From the NCBI GenBank assembly GCA_048499805.1, contig JASNZF010000004.1, forward strand, positions 224,067 through 288,066: a DNA stretch of 64,000 nucleotides, read 5' to 3'. A program made the position numbers and the translations under genes. The notes under the pieces were generated by a model. It saw nothing but the letters and a program-made list of their open reading frames with translations, was not told the DNA's origin and did not search any database. Below are positions 63,705 to 64,000 of this stretch, piece after piece (the first letter of the stretch is position 1; every line of letters begins with the position of its first letter). This DNA comes from Gemmatimonadales bacterium (GTDB lineage Bacteria > Gemmatimonadota > Gemmatimonadetes > Gemmatimonadales > GWC2-71-9).

Positions 63705-64000
63705 ATGACGCTCGCGCCAGTCCGCCCGATCACCCTGGACGACATTCGCGCGGCCCGCCCCCGCATTGCGGATACGATCGTGCGCACCCCGCTGGTGCGG
63801 CTGGAGCTGGGACCCGGGTACCCCGAGATCCACCTCAAGCTCGAGAACCTCCAGCCGATCAACGCCTACAAGCTGCGGGGGGCAGCAAACGCCGTGGCCC
63901 GGCTGTCGGCGGAGGATCGGGCGCGTGGGGTGTGGACGATCAGCGCTGGCAATGCGGGGCAGGGAGTGGCCTACGCCGCGCGGAAGGCCGGGGTGCCCTG
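63705..64000 (+). CDS. PLP-dependent threonine/serine dehydratase-family enzyme (PALP fold), N-terminal part; 3' end outside the window
   Basis: MTLAPVRPITLDDIRAARPRIADTIVRTPLVRLE...KLENLQPINAYKLRGAANAV...WTISAGNAGQGVAYAA contains the conserved xxxFK(L)RGA PLP-lysine motif (NAYKLRGA). Confidence 0.7.
   Translation, partial: MTLAPVRPITLDDIRAARPRIADTIVRTPLVRLELGPGYPEIHLKLENLQPINAYKLRGAANAVARLSAEDRARGVWTISAGNAGQGVAYAARKAGVP

Overview
High-GC (~68%) chromosomal window, most consistent with a Gemmatimonadetes-like genome. Gene content: a SusC/SusD outer-membrane glycan-uptake locus, many Tat- or lipobox-type periplasmic enzymes, ECF-sigma and Ser/Thr-kinase signalling, and a TRAP transporter. Coding density is about 85% and about 55 genes can be supported.

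The largest structural feature is a perfect 3,043-bp direct repeat (1..3043 equals 6652..9694). It carries the 3' end of a susC gene, a complete susD and a DUF4397-like lipoprotein gene, so the susC-susD-lipoprotein unit is present twice in tandem. This is either a very recent segmental duplication or an assembly artefact.

Other notable structure:
- Two tandem paralogous small secreted proteins that look like stand-alone TonB-receptor plug domains.
- A recurring purine-rich heptamer array, (GGTRAGA)n, at three intergenic sites on the same strand. Two of the arrays supply the C-terminal codons of upstream genes.
- A complex array of 47-bp tandem units with an inverted core between the convergent TRAP genes.
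- An AT-rich island of about 600 bp, roughly 50% GC, carrying a small basic ORF between a TetR regulator and a YceI gene.
- A tightly overlapping four-gene unit, WYL-domain protein, GNAT, DUF4286 and PPK2, in which the GNAT has no clean start codon of its own.
- A very large Ser/Thr kinase fused to a PAP2-like membrane domain and a PhnD-like periplasmic binding domain.
- A periplasmic module of PQQ-dehydrogenase, cytochrome c, FAD-oxidase and RidA with overlapping reading frames.

No rRNA, tRNA, CRISPR array or recognisable transposase or integrase was found.
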